From Cenococcum geophilum (Eukaryota), in the NCBI GenBank assembly GCA_050273025.1, contig CP158635.1, positions 28,210,001-28,274,000 on the forward strand: DNA of 64,000 bases, written 5' to 3'. Below the pieces are notes generated by a model. It made no database searches, had not been told where the DNA came from, and worked only from the letters and a program-made list of their open reading frames with translations. Made by a program: the position numbers and the translations under genes. This document shows positions 24,461-39,448 of the stretch, in pieces. Position 1 is the first letter of the stretch; every line of letters begins with the position of its first letter.

Positions 24461-27400
24461 AAGGGTTAAGTTAGTATCTTAACTCTAGGGTAAATAATCC
24501 TCCGTTAGAACTAAGATAATAGAAAATAGGCGAAATAGGGCTATATAAATATTAAAAGTATAGACTAAGAATATAAATAGCTATAAAAAGAATACTAGAG
24601 AGAAGAATAAATAAAAAGCAAAATAGAGAGAAAAAGAGGCTTAGAGGATATGTAATATTGGCCTCCCTAAATCTAATGCGACGGTAGTATATAGGCCTTA
24701 GGAGCGGAAATAACAGTTAAACATTTAGAAGTTAGCTAAGAGGGTGCGCATTTTAGTATTAGTTATAATTAGAAGGTTAGCGTTAAGAAGTAGGCGTAGG
24801 GCACTAAGGGTAGGTCCTTATAGCAGGGGTATAGTAAAAGCAGAAGTGGAATTTAAGAGAGAAAGAGCTAGTAGAGAGGGCAGTAAAGGTAATAAAGTGT
24901 TTTATAGACGTTAAAAGCGGCGGTCAACTAAGTAAGAGAGCGATACCCAAAAATGGGTGTCGGGGCCCCGCTAAACTCAAACCTAGATATAGATTACAGC
25001 TGTATCAAGTCCTTAGGGCTTTTTTCTTAGCTTTTTAGGATGTTGAGTTAGTGGAATAAAGTCCTTATCGTTTAATTTATAATTCCTCGTCATTAAGGCG
25101 TTAGAATCTATATAAGAAGCTTAGTAAAGTTTTTTTTAAATATTACAAATTGTCGATCTAAATTAGGTTATATTATTACCCTATTTTAGATATATTATAT
25201 AACCCCTATTCCCCCTATAATAAAGCCTTATAGTAGGAACTACGGTAGACTTATTAATAGGCTAGGTATATAGGTAAATAAGAAGTTAACAACGTAATAA
25301 TAACTAGTAGAGTAGTTGCCTAATAGATTAACTCTAATTATATTCTAAGATTTACTATAAAGAAGAGAACTATCTAGGTAGGAACTATGGTCCTTTAAAT
25401 ATATAGCCGTACTTTTAAGAAATCCCCTTTATATATAAGGTACGTATTATACATATTATATATATATTCCCTTTATATACCGTGTATACTATATATAATA
25501 TTATATAACCTTAATTACTATTCCTTATTATATAGCTTTATTGGCTCTATCCTAAACTATACCTAAATTAACTAACTAGCTTCTTCCAACTCCTCTCTAA
25601 GTAGTTATAATATCGTACTTAAAGCGTCCGTAATACCATCTCTCTTCTCTCTATCTTTGTCTTTAAAGATCCTAAATATCTTTAAATTATTTATTAGAGG
25701 TATAATATCCGTCTAATTAATTTAGTTAATATTATTACTTATTATACCTAAGGCTCCTTCCTCTTTATAGGCGCGACGTCGTGCTTACACTATTGCTGCG
25801 ATATTATCTCTTAGTAAGATTATACTGTCTCTATATTCTTACTGTTTAAAAAAGGGGTTAGTTTATATTGCATTAGCGAGCCTATTCTTGCAATAACCGT
25901 CCTCTTACTTAGAGTGCACTAAAGCAAATATTTATTTATCCTATAACGTTCGCTCTATCTCTAATACTAAATATACGCAACTTATTACTTTTAATAGTCG
26001 TCTAGTTCCTTAATTAATTTGTCTTAGGGTTTTATATTTAATCTACTACTGCGCGGCTAGATAGTAAACTATCTTAAGCTCTTATTAAGTTAAAACGTTC
26101 TTATAATATGGAGCAGAAGGCCCTTAAAGCCTATATTACGGCATCCGCTTAGTTACTTTATCTTAAAAAGGTTTATAAAAAGGTTTATTTTAAGAAGTAG
26201 AAACTTATAGAATAAGGTTTATAAGAACTTAGTAATAAAAAAATGGATTCTCTTTTAACCGAAAAGGAAATAAATTTAAGTAGTTTAGTAACTGCTCTTC
26301 TTAGGTCCCCCTTAAGTGACTTATTCTTTAGCGATCCTTCTTTATTAATACTACTTAACCTAATTTCTTCTAATACTCCTATACCTTTCTTATAGCGTTC
26401 TTTAAATTCTCTAGTAGCTCCTAGGTAGTTTTATTATAGCCTATTTACTTAACCTTATACTATATTTTATTATTAATGTCCTTATAACTAACAGTCTTTA
26501 AAACTTACTATTTATCCTCTTTCTATTCTCTATATATATCTACTTTATAAACTAGTAGCTTAATATTCCTATATACTGGCTCTAGTATTATAATATACTA
26601 TATAGGGTAGATCTTTATCTTAGCTAGTAAGTTTAATTTAAATATAACCGGTAAAATTTTCTATATAATTTTAAAAGGTCCTAGTTTAACGTAGTCTAAC
26701 TTCTTACTTAGTTATTAACTCTTAAAATTTTTATATAATAGCTATACTTTATCTCCCTCCTTAAGATCTAGTCCCTTAGATCTCTTAGCATTATAGTACT
26801 TTTTTATTCTCTCTTATACTTTCTTTATTAATTCTATAAGGTCTATATAAAGGTTTATTAATATCTTTATTCTTTCTTTAACTATACTACTTATCTTTTT
26901 TACTTATTATAGTGACAATAATATTCTTAGCTTATATCTATAATTTGCCTTAAATAGTAATATACCTATTCCTTTTTATGGTGTTATATTATATATAAAC
27001 TATATAACTAGTAATAGTAATACCTAATTATTCTATATATAGTTAATATAGTGCCTTAGATACTATTCTAGCGTCTAATTTAGTCTTTCCGTTTAACTAT
27101 CTGTTTGCGGATAATATGCGGTAGAAGTTACTACTCTAACTCCTTACTCTGCTAAGAATACCTCCTAGAATACTGCTATAAATCTTAAATCTCTATCCGA
27201 TATAATCTTACTTAGTGCTCTATATCTTACGAATACTTCCTTAATATAGATTCTAGCAATATCCTCTACTAAGATTTCTTCTATATATGCTATAAAGTAA
27301 CCCTATTTGGTTAACTTGTCTACTATTACTAAAATTACATTATAATCCTATCTGGTAATAGGATCTTTTAACTTTAGTAACTTAATAATAAAGTCCTATA

Positions 27401-30264
27401 ATATAACCTCCTATAGTCTCTCTAGTATTTTAATAGGTTATAGCCCTCTATATAGCTTATACCTTATTAGTTTATTCCTTTAGCAATTTAGACACTCTTT
27501 TATTACTTTCCTTATAATATTTTAGATTCCGTTAATAATATATTCTTCTTAAAGTCTTAACACTAAGCCTATTACTCCGTTATGTCCTTAAGTTATTCCT
27601 TTATAGAAATCTTCTATAAAATGCTCTGCTATGCTTCTTGGGATATACTTCGCCTCTCTATATTTATACAGTATTTCCTCTTCTAGATATTCTAACTGTT
27701 CCTCTAGTTATACTTTAAAGATTCTTTATACCTAAAAGCTTTCTAGTGTCTTATGGACTCTTTCTAGTTTATTATTCTCTTAAGTTATTGCTAGCTTAGG
27801 GTAGTTATACCTAATTAATCTATCCTTGTCTTGGCGTAGTATTACTCCTAATAGCTTCTTATTATTTTATAGTTTAGCCTTTCTGCTAAATACATCTACT
27901 CTTATATTCTTAGTTCCTTTAGTATACTAAATCTTAAAATAGTATTCTATAAGCATCTCTGCCTATCTAACTTATTTATAATTAAGTTCTTTTATTATTA
28001 GGAACCCTATTAGGTTCTTATAATCCGTCTTAACTATAAATAGTTTTTCTACGCCTTATAAGAATACTCTTTATTTCTTAAGTACTATAACTATACCTAA
28101 TAACTCTTTGTTATAGACGTTATAGTTTAACTTTAGTGGTGTTATCTTTCTACTATAATATACTACTGGGTGCTATGCGTCCTTATACTTCTATAGCAAG
28201 CATACTTCTAATACGTAGTCTAATATATCTGTTTCTATAACTATGTCTAGCCCTAGTTAATAGATCTTAAAGATTGGCTCCTAGGTAAACAATTCCTTAA
28301 GTTCCTTAAATAACTTTTTTTTACTTATTTCCCTATATCTATAGTTCCTCTTTCTTTATAAGCCTAGTAAATAGTTTAATATTCTTTAACTATTATGCTA
28401 TAAACCTTCTGTAGTAGTTATAAAACCCTAAAAATAACCTTAACTGCGTTATATTCTCTAGTTCTTGCTAACTTACTATAGCTTTAATCTTCTTTAGGTC
28501 CATATTAATATAACCTAATTTAATAATAAATCTAACGAAATTGGTCTTCCTTATAAAGAACTCGTATTTCTTAATTGCTACTAGCATCTATTTTTCCTAT
28601 AGTCTCTTTAAACCCTATTTAACGTATTCCCCGTGTTCTTCCTTAGTTATTAAGTAGATAATAATATTGTTAAGGTATGCTATAATAAACTTATTAAGGT
28701 GTTCTCCTAATATACTATTAATTCTTTTCTAAAATATTACTAGTATATTCGTTAATCCGAATTATATAACTAATAGTTTATATAGTCCTTCTCTTAATCT
28801 AAAGGCTACCTTCTATTTATTACCTTTCTTAATTCTAATCTAATAGTATACCTATCTTAGATCTATTTTTATAAAGATTTACGCGTTACCTATCCAATCT
28901 TAGATTTTACTAATTAAGGGTAAAGGATACCTATCCTTTTAAGTAATGCTGTTTAACTATCTATAGTTAATATATAATCTAAGCTTCCCGTTCTTCTTTA
29001 GTATAAACAGTACTAGATAACCTACTAATAACTATAATGGTCTAATATATCCCTTTTATAAGTTCTCTTAGATAAATTCTTTAAGTGCGCTTACCTCCTC
29101 TTAAGTAAGCTTATAGGTTAGAAAGAACCTTAGACTTATTCCTAGTTCTAACTCTATCTTATAGTCCTATACTATATAATCTACTAGCTTTTTACTTTCT
29201 AGACTCTATAGTTTTTTGCTATATTTATAGTATCTCTTTAGTATATAACTTAGGCCTTACTTAGTCTCTTTATATGTCGCTCTAACTTAGTACTATACTA
29301 ACTTAGTTTATTATTATATCTTACATCGCCGAGTATCTTTAATATTAACCTAACCTATAATCTAATTAATCTTTAGATTGTATTTTTATAACTAAGGCAT
29401 GCCTAATATAGCCTTATCCCGTCCTAATAGTAGAATATTAAAAGACATTTTAATTTATCTTCCTTTAATGGTTATCTAAATAGGTCCTATTTTAAGACTA
29501 ATAATCCCTCCTCTATAGGTTATTAGATCTCCTAAAATTGTAATTAATAGGTAAAGTTATTCCTTTTATCTGTAAGGTAATTTTATCCTTTTAACTACTA
29601 CTAGTAAAATATAGTTCCGCGTTACTCCACTATCTATTAATGCTTTAAACTGCTAATCTTACCACTTAACTTATAAATTTAGGTGTTGTCCTTAAATTCC
29701 TTTAAGGGTCTAAGGCTCTACTACTAGCTCCCTTTAGTTCTATAGGCCTCTACTTTTTCTAACTATTAGCTGCTTAATCCTTATATACTTAGCTTACTCT
29801 TTAGCCAATATCTAGTTTACTTTTTATCTTTAATATGCTATAAACACGTGTTCTCTAGGCATTTCTACTACTATTATCCGTCTAAGTATTCTTCCGTAAG
29901 GAATCTTTTTAGTTAAAGTATTAAGTCTCCTAACTCTTAAACTTCTATTAAATACTAGCTGTGTATATACTTAGTATTTTTATATTATTGCTTATTTAGC
30001 GCCTAATATATCCTTACAGGGTATTTCTAATTCTTTTCCTTTAGATTTTTATGCATCTTATATATATCGTCTACGTATATAATCTATAATAGCGTATAGT
30101 ATACTAGGTGCTTTAGGTTAACTCTTAACTTATCTTTATCTTTAAGTTTAAACCTTTATTATGCTGATCTAAATATTATAACTTTATTTATAGGTACTAA
30201 GATACGTCTTTTGCTTCTCTAGTCCTCTAATTATTCCTCTAGATCCTTTAATATTATAATTAAG

Positions 30265-33200
30265 TGTCACAATGCTGCAATAAAGTAGACCAAATAACTA
30301 CGTTATGGTATAAAGAGGAGAAGAAGGTAAAAAGGGGTATCGTATATAAATAGTAGGGCCAGCCGCCAAGGCGCTAGTGGTGGGTCAGCCAACGGTAGGA
30401 AACAGTACGAGACAGTATGGAACAGTATGCGATAAGTTAGTGCCGTAACAGTACTCCCCTCCCTAAAAGGTTTAGTCCCTAAACTAAACAGGTAACTCTA
30501 AACCGAATAAGTAACTCCAAAAACGGGTAATGCGCGTTTTCGTCGCGAAGATATTAGTTCCGCTTACCGCCCTTAACCGGGCCAATGGCGATTTTCTATC
30601 CCGGGGATAGAAAATTCTAATTAGTCGGCTTAGTGAATAGAGTCAGCAGAATTCCACGCCGCCATCCAAATCGGTCTAGCGCTGCGCCTTTGGCAAGAAT
30701 CTAACCAATTAGATAACTTTAACCGGCGGTTAAAGTTCTATAATATCTTAACCATCACGTGATCGACCTCGGCGTAATAACTCTCCCTTATTTTGTACCT
30801 AGTTTAGGGGTCCTGGCTTCTCAGGGTGTTGCTTATAGAACTTTAGTAGTACGCGCTCGCACCCTTTTAGGGATTTTTTAGGTTCCTAGGTTTTTTTACT
30901 ATAATACTTCCACTTAATATAATATATTAAGCCGTGCTCGTCTATTTGTTCATTATATATATTAAGAATCTTCTTAAATTCCTACTTATCTGTAATATTA
31001 CCGTTATTATCCCTTTTAGCTATTCTGCCTGTAATATTATAACGTTCTTCTTTATTAATGCGTGCTTAGCTAGGGATCTCTTTAGGGAACCAGAGTCGGA
31101 CTTTTAAAGTATAGAAAGACTTATTAACATAGATATGGTCTAGGAGGTCCACTATAATTAATCCTCTATAGGTAGCTAAGACGGGCTAAGGTCCATCCTA
31201 GTTATCGTCCCACTTTCTCTTAGGCCGGTTAGTCTTTATATTTTTAAGGCTAACTATAACCATATTATCCTTTTTAAATATTATACCTTTATCCCATTTT
31301 ATATTGGCGTTGTCTTTATAGCGTTACTAGGAGATACAAGCTAGGGCCTTAAGCTAAGTTAGGATACGCTTAAAGCGGTTCGCAATAGTATCAGCTTATA
31401 GGTACTCCTTTTTTATATATACGGGCAGGGCTAATGGTTAGGGGCCCGCTGGTTTAACGCCCAGACGTAGGTTATAGCCATAATTGGCAAAGAATAGTAA
31501 GATTTTAGTGGTCTTGTTAACCTGGTTATTTATAGCAAACTTAGTAAGGGAAAGCCAATCTACCTAGTCGTCTTAGGTGAAGCTCACAAAGGCGCGTAGG
31601 TACTTATTCATTGCTACATTAATAATCTTAGTTTAGCTATTTATTTTAGGGTGCCATACGGAACTAGGGCTTAGGGTTACTTTTAGGCGTTAGTTTAGGC
31701 GACGCTAAAAGTTAAAAACGAATAAAAAACCTCTATTAGAAATAATAGTATTTAGGGCGCTATATAACTTATAGACAGTATAAATAAATGCTTTAACGAG
31801 CTCCTTAGTGTCTAGGTTAGTAACAGGAATAAAGTATCTTATCTTTATTAGGCGGTTAATAACAATAAAGATATATCTATATGTTTTGCCATTACGAAGG
31901 CATTTAGGCAGGTCGACGATATAGTCAATAGAGATATCAGTCCATAGGCGGACTAGTAGTTCCAGTAGTTTTAGGAAACCAGGCGGTACTAAGCATAGGG
32001 TCTTTATACGGAAGTAAAAAGCGCAGTCTTTTACAAAGGTAGCTGTGAACTGTGAAATACCTAGCTACTAATAGGTTTAATTAAGGAGGTCTAGTGTCTT
32101 AACGCGGCCCAGGTGGCCTACAGGGCCTAAACTATATATGCGGTATATAACTTCTAGTCGGAGTTTAGGTGAATTAGGGACAAATACTTGATTCCTATAG
32201 TAGATTAGGCCGTCAACAATTAAACATTTGGATTTATTATAGCGGAGTTACTTCCTGATCTGCTTAGGCCAACGGCGTGCTTTACGGCCTTCCTGTTCGC
32301 GTAGCGCAGCCAATATATCCCTAGCAAGTTCATTCTCCTTATAGGCATTCTTAATAAGCTCCTTAAGGGGTTTTTTCTTAGGTTCTGGGTCTATTACTAC
32401 AATAAAATCTTTAACGCTCTGGTCTCGGGATTCGCTTAGCAGCTCTTCTAGGATAGTAGGGTTAACTTTCTTCGTTAGTAAGACAACGCGGTCTCAGTGT
32501 CGTAGACATTCATCACCAGCATCAGTAGGTACTACGCCTAGGAGGCGGCTGAGAGCGTCTAGGATCGTGGCTTTAGTACTAGGCCTATAGGTAATAACAA
32601 AATTAAATTGGGAAAGGAACTTAGCCCAGCGGACTTGGCGCTAGTTTAGTTGTTTCGTTATTATAAAGGTCTAAAGGTTTTTATAGTCCGTGATAATTTT
32701 AAACGGCTGCTTAGTTCCTTATAGTTCGGGGCGCCATTCTTCTAACGCCTTAACAATTACTAGGAGCTTCTTATCGTATATTTCGTAGTTATATTTAGGG
32801 GCTAGGTACTTAGCAGAGAAGAATACAACTGGCTTAAGCTTATTACTTTTATTAGCTTAGTAGAGCACTCCACCTAAAGCCCAGTTTAAGGCGTCTATCT
32901 TTACTACGGTTTTCTTCGTGTGGTCATAATACGCTAGGACCAGCGCTGTAGTAAACGCTATTTTTAGGGTCTGGAATACTTATGCTTAATTAGGGCCCCA
33001 TAGCCAGCTAGTGCTCTTCTTTAGTAGCCTAGTCATAGGTTCGACTACCTTGAAATAGCCTTAGATAAATCGTTAGTAAAAGTTCGCGAAGCTAAGAAAT
33101 TGCTATAGTTCTTTAACTAACGTTAGGTTCTTCCATTCCTATAAGGCCTACACCTTCTTAGGGTCCATAATTATACCGTTAGTAGAGATAATTAAGCTAA

Positions 33201-36200
33201 GGTATTTTATTTTAGTAGCATAAAACTCAGACTTATTAATATTAATCTGGAGTCCAGCATTACCAAATCTCTAAATAATTTCGTTTACATATTTCGTGTA
33301 CTTAGCGCGTATTTTTAAGAAAATAAGGACATTATTAAGATACGTAGTGCAGTAGTCGTCAAGGGCATTATATAAAATATAGTTAATATAGTTCTAGAAT
33401 ATGGCGGGTGCGTTATAGAGACTAAATAGTGTAACTAATATTTTATAAAGCCCAAACCAGGTAATAAATGCTGTAAGCCACTTATAGCCCTCTGCAATCC
33501 GGATCCGGTTAAACACAGCAATTACGTTAAGCTTAGTAAAGTATTTAGCACTATAGAGTGCATTAAGTATCTTACGGATTAGCGGCAATGGGTACCGATT
33601 CTTAATAGTAACTATATTTAGGCCTTGGTAGTTATAGTAGATTTATATACTACCGCCAGGTTTCGCGGCAAGGAGGAGTGGTACGGCGGCTAGTAAGGTT
33701 AATTTGCGGATAAAACCCTTATCTAGTATCTCGTCAATCCACTTCTTTACGCAACTAAGTTTAGTAGGTAAGAGTAGTCTATTCTTATAATACAGGGCCT
33801 ACTTTCTGGGTATAATCTCAATCTTATAGTCCCATGGTTGGTAAAGGGGCAGCTTATCTATATTCTTAGGGAGGAAGTGTTTAATATATTTACGAAACTC
33901 CTTTAGCAGGCGTTATAAAATATCTTCGTAGGTTAATCCTAGTTTACCTTTTAGGAATTTTTTAATATTAGTATTAACTACTTTCCGGCATAGGGACTCG
34001 GACTTAGTTTTTAGGTTTATTTTAAGGAAGTTATGGAAATAAAGGGGTAGCGCTTTACGGGCTTCCTCTATTATATAGTCGCCTTCTACTAGCCAGCGAA
34101 AAGATCTTTCTAACAGGTCCGGTACTTCTATTAGGCCTATAGGCAGCTCCTTAAGTAGCTATTAGTGTTCTTCTTATTTAACCAGTTCTACTAGCTCCGC
34201 CATATAGATCCTCATTACCTTTATACCTTTTTATTTATAGAACTAGGTAAAGTTAACGGCATAAGTGTATTTAATATCGTCTAGGTTAGGGCGTATTTAG
34301 TTCTCCGGTGCTATAACTAGGCTAGTACGGCTTAGTCGGCCCAGGGGGGCAGAAACGAGGCGGCGGCCCTACATAGTACACGCGGGAGACAGGTATAAGG
34401 TTAGGCGTTACGGGGGGAAGGTCTCAATTACTCTGGTTTCGGCCTTGGCTATAACGCTCTTAACTATTATATATACGGTCGCATGTGCATATAGCAAATA
34501 TCTTAAAGTTAGGTGTCTTATTACCTAACCTAGGTTAAGGGGGTATATATAGGGGACTTGTGGTTTTAGTAGTGTTATAGTATAGGTAGGAGACGGTGGA
34601 TTGCGGTGGAACTTAGTGGATAGTTACAGTAGAACTTGGTGGATAGTTACAGTAGAACTTAGTAAACAGTTACGGTAGGACTTAGTAGAAAGTTACGGTA
34701 GGACTTAGTGGACATTTACAGTAGAGCTTAGTGGACATTTACAGTAGAACTTGGTAGAAAGTTACGGTGGGACTTAGTAGACAGTTATAGTGGAATTTAG
34801 TAGAATTTGTTTTCTTAGAGACGGAGCAGTGGTTTAGTCTTCTAGGATCTCCGCTTCGTTTATTGTGTATATTAGTTCACTAGTATCAGGCACCTCTTCT
34901 ACTATTAGTTAACGGTATCTAAGCGTTAGCTGTATAATGCGTCCGCGTAATACTGCTCGGTTATAGTTAGGAATATGCTATAGGAGACAGTTATAGGTAC
35001 AGTAATTAGAGTCGAAATTAAGCTCTAGGGCGGGGAAATCTATACTTAGGTTATGCTTTTTAAGCTAGGGCATTCTAAGGATTACTAGTGTCAAGGGTAA
35101 TAACTTTATAACGTAGAAAAGCATAAATTCTATATAGTGGCTAATTATTATTTTTGCTATAAAGTAATGGGTAATAAAGCTAGATAGGAGTCCGTTGGCA
35201 AGGCAGAGTGGTTTTAGGACTAGGAGTCTTTTTATTATAATATTGTGCTTTTTTATAAGCGAGTCTTCGTCTACAAACGCTGGTGCTGTACTACTACTAT
35301 TAATAAGGCTTATTGTTTTAATAAAAACTTCTAGGAGTAGGTTGCGTAGTAAGGAGAGATAGGTCTAAATAAGGATGGCATTTCTATTATTGCTTACTAT
35401 TCTAAGGTCAAGTGGCGGCTGGCTTAGAATAAGGTTTAACTAATCTAGTAGTATAAATCTAATCCTTTTATCCTCCTCCCTATATGGTTCTGACCCTTAG
35501 AGGCAACTTAGTTCAAGGGTTGGCCTTTTAATGACTGGATCGTGGGGCTTAGCTAATAGCTGTGGTCTTAGCTAGTATATCCTAATATATCGGTCTCTAA
35601 CGGTGTATATATGCTAGGGGGTACTTTACTAAGGACTTAGCCAGTCTTATAATTAGTAGCGGCACGAAGTACTTATCCATAGTTTATATACGGGACTATC
35701 AGCTAGGGCTATATTAGGGAAGGAAATTGCGGGGGTAGGTCTTTGTGTCTGGACCTACGTCCCCATCCACGGTTACCGCCTTAGTTACTATCCCCTCTAT
35801 TAAAGAATCCGCCGCGGCTAGAAAGGGGTTAGCGCCGTAGTATTAGGAGGGGATTTAGGTTTTTGCTAGGGTCGTAAGCGTCTTTCTAGTGGCTAGGTTA
35901 ACTACATGCTATATAGAGTCTATTATCCATATAATATCTTCGGACGTTATTAGGGAGACTACCGCTACCGCTACCGAATTTAGCGGCGTCAAGGTCTATT
36001 AGATCATTCTGCGGTAATATAGGTTAATAGCCGCTAGCGGTACTTAGTTTAGCGGTATTCAGCTTAATATAGTAAGCGTGGTTCTATAAGTTATAAGCGA
36101 ACACATCTATCTACTTACTCCATCCTACGTAGTTAGCATCACCGATCTTACGGCTAAGGGTAAGGGCTAGGTCCTTTATCTTTAAGGAAATATTCTTCTT

Positions 36201-37446
36201 AAGCAAATCCACTTTTTATTCCTTAGTCTTATTTGCTTTAATTATTAACTCATTAAGCTCTACTTTCTAGGACTAGTAGTTACGCTTACCCTAGTTTAGG
36301 GTATCCAACTTATTTTTTACTGCTTGGGTTATGTTTATAGTCTTATAGTACTTCCTTATATATATAAGCATAGACTCTTAGTTAGAGAAGATCTATTTGC
36401 TTAAGTTGTTTAGGTATATACGTAGCGTATTAAGGCCATACTTAATATAGTTATAAGCCTTATCTATTAGCATGTCTGACATATAGAGGACTTCGTCTAT
36501 TAGGGTTTTAAAGCACTTTACATCCCTCTAGAAAACGCCTTAGACCTTTATTTCCCATATTTTAAATTTTTCTTGCTTTTTAGTTAGTAATCCCTTACTA
36601 TTAAATAGGGTTAGATCTTTTACTTCACGCTTTTTCTTACAGGGCTTAGTAGGAGAATAGGAGCTAGCAGCTATATTCTTATCGGCAATAGTCTAGGTAA
36701 GTATAGAAATCTAAGAGCTTAGGTTTTATATAGTTATAGTGTATATTAAAGCTTGCTGTTTGTATTGTTATATACGTAGTTTAAGCATTATAAGGGAATT
36801 AATCCTATACTAGGCTTCTTTAAGTTAGGACTTTACGGCTTATCCTTTATCGTAAACAGCTTAGAGGCCGCTCTTAACACTAGTCAAAAAGGTTATACAT
36901 GTAGAGAGGTGCTAGAAGGTTCCTGCCACGTTAAGGTCCTTAGGGTACTCCGGACTACTCCTAATTGCCTAGGTAATGTGGTTATAGGAGGTATTAAAGA
37001 GGCAGGCAAGTGCTTCGCGTGTATTCGCCGATGGGATATTTTCTATATTATAGTCGCCCATTTTAGAGGGTCTAGGTAAAGCAATTAAAATCTATAAGGC
37101 TGGCTGTAATACTAAGATTATCTAGAATTATACTGAGGTTATCTAGGACTATGATATAGTGTTATTGGTCGCGCCAGGTCGCGATTATACTGGGAAAATA
37201 GAGATAGTGGACTAGGAAAAACAGAGATCGCAATAGGGCGCAATTAGAGATACCATAAACTGTTACAGTGCTGCAATAAAGTAGACTAAATAACTACGTT
37301 GTGGTATAAAGAGGAGAAGAAGGTAAAAAGGGGTATTGTATATAAATAGTAGGGCCAGCCGCCAAGGCGCTAGTGGTGGGTCAGCCAACGGTAGGAAATA
37401 GTACGAGATAGTATGGAACAGTATGCGATAAGTCAGTGCCGTGACA
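30265..37446 (-). mobile_element. Ty3/Gypsy chromovirus LTR retrotransposon E, nested in D between gag and protease
   Basis: 186 bp LTRs at 30265-30450 and 37261-37446 with TSD TTAAG. RT (ORF 33394-33588 YFTKLNVIAVFNRIRI; YLNNVLIF), RNase H, integrase, and chromodomain YYIKWKYY..T*EP (~30870-30950). Confidence 0.95.
34609..34808. repeat. 23 bp minisatellite, 8 copies plus a partial copy, inside Gypsy E
   Basis: The unit GRACTTRGTRGAHAGTTACRGTR is repeated head to tail. Confidence 0.9.
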
Positions 37447-39448
37447 TTAAGGCTCCTTTAATATAAGTTATAGCCTTCTCTATAATAGGGTAGTTTTAGA
37501 TAACTCTTTTATCTAACTATATATAGAAATCTTTTTATTTATTATTATGTCGCTACCTATACCACTTTTAGTATAGCTACTAAAGTATATACAGCTTATC
37601 TATAAGAAAGTATCTTCTTATTACTACGTTATAATAGCCCTTTATATATCGTTCTTTAAACCTAATAGGGATCCCTAAATCCTCTTTATTTTCTAGTTTA
37701 GTAAGCTACTTAGCTCTTAATATACCTACTCTAGGCCTATTAGTAATTTTTTATACTAGCGCTCTATCTCTAGTACGTCCCAATATACTAGATCTCTTAT
37801 CTAGTTTCTATTCTTGCTATATAATAATTCTTCGCCTAAATTCTTCTATAATTTCTTTTGGTTTATATCTTATGCTTAAATCCTTAAAGTCTTCTTACTT
37901 TTTAATCTTGGTATTAACATTTTAATCCGGTTGCTAGGTCTTACCCACAATTTCTTTAATAGTCCTTATTCTATTACTAAAATCTTAGTCTTATAGGATT
38001 CTTAATCCTAAGCTTGCTTCTATCTTAAGCTTAGCTCTAGCCTTAGTCTAACTAGGCTTACTTAGTGTTCTTATCTTATCTTAAGAGTCTTAAATCTTAC
38101 TTATCTCGTTTTAAAAGTCTTATATCTTTAGGAAACTTCGTCCTAAGCTTATTCGTATATTACTGAACTAAGCTATTACTCTACTCTATCGGTTATCGTC
38201 TATTATAGGTCCTTAAGCTTGCCTTATCTTATCTTAAGAATCTTAAGCTTTTAGCCTTTTGCCTTTATTAAGTGCCGAAGTAGTTTACTATCTTACTTTT
38301 CTTGCATCTTATAAAGCGATAGATATTATATCTAGTGAGGTCTTAATCCCTACTAATGTTCCCTATTCTATGGTGGAATTATCCTTTACCTCTCATATAA
38401 TATTTCCGAGGTCTATATACTTCTAGTAAGCTGCCTTTATTACTTTATTGTTATAAAATGTTTCGCCTATATTAAATTTATTATCCTTAATATCTAATCT
38501 ACAAACTGGTTTATTAGTTCCTCTATATTCTGCTAAGTATAGCTCCTATAGCTAATAGCTTGCGCTATACTTAGCGTCTTTATAAATTTGGTATACGTTA
38601 TTATAATAAAACGCAAAACTTTTAATTAAATATTCTTTTGTTCCTTGTAGTATATTATTATCCCTTTATATATATATATCGTCTACTAGTCTTATTCCTT
38701 TTACTACATAGTAACTCTAACCACTTTTATAGTCTTTAGCGTAATAACCCTATTTTCCGCAATTTATATAAGCTCCTTCTTTAAACTATTTTTCTTGCTA
38801 TAGAGTCCGCCTAAACATCTTCTACTACTAAGATCCCTAGTTTAGCCTTTACTCCTTAGACCTTTAATTACTTAATTCTTATCCTTTAGGTTTCTATAAT
38901 TTCTTATTTTATTTTCTAAACTTTTTAGTACTACTTAGGTCTATTAGCTCTACGCTATACTATAGTTTTTAACTTAGCTTTAGTTATTACGTACTCTACG
39001 CCTTATATAACTATAGAACTCTATCCTAGCCTCTCTTAGCCTATTCCCTTTAGTAGATCCGATTATTAATCTTAATTACTTAATCTATTAGTTCCCTTAG
39101 GGTTTCCGCATCTTTTATTAGGATAATTACGTCCTAAACTTTAGCCTTAAGTTCTTATTTATACTGTGCTATAAGCGCCTTATTATTCTACTTAACTTAC
39201 GTTACTAACGTCTGGAACTGCGTTATATACTTAATTGCTAAGGTTCGTTATATAATATTTTAGAGTTTTCTTTCCGCTGTGGTTACTACCTTTAGGTCTC
39301 TAAATATTTATATAAGTCGCTCTATAAACCCTTCTTAGCTTATAAATATAAACTATACTTCTTAATTAGTGGTTATCATTCTATTTACTTATATTTCCGT
39401 AAGGTAAGGCTTAAACTATTTAAGTGCTCTTTTTAATAGAAATAGTCC

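Noticed and set aside
5486..33588. Short ORF-track entries within the AT-rich block taken as independent genes
   Set aside because: They are RIP-broken gag/pol fragments or their antisense shadows.
34609..34808. CRISPR-like array
   Set aside because: The units are head to tail with no unique spacers, and the context is a eukaryotic retrotransposon.
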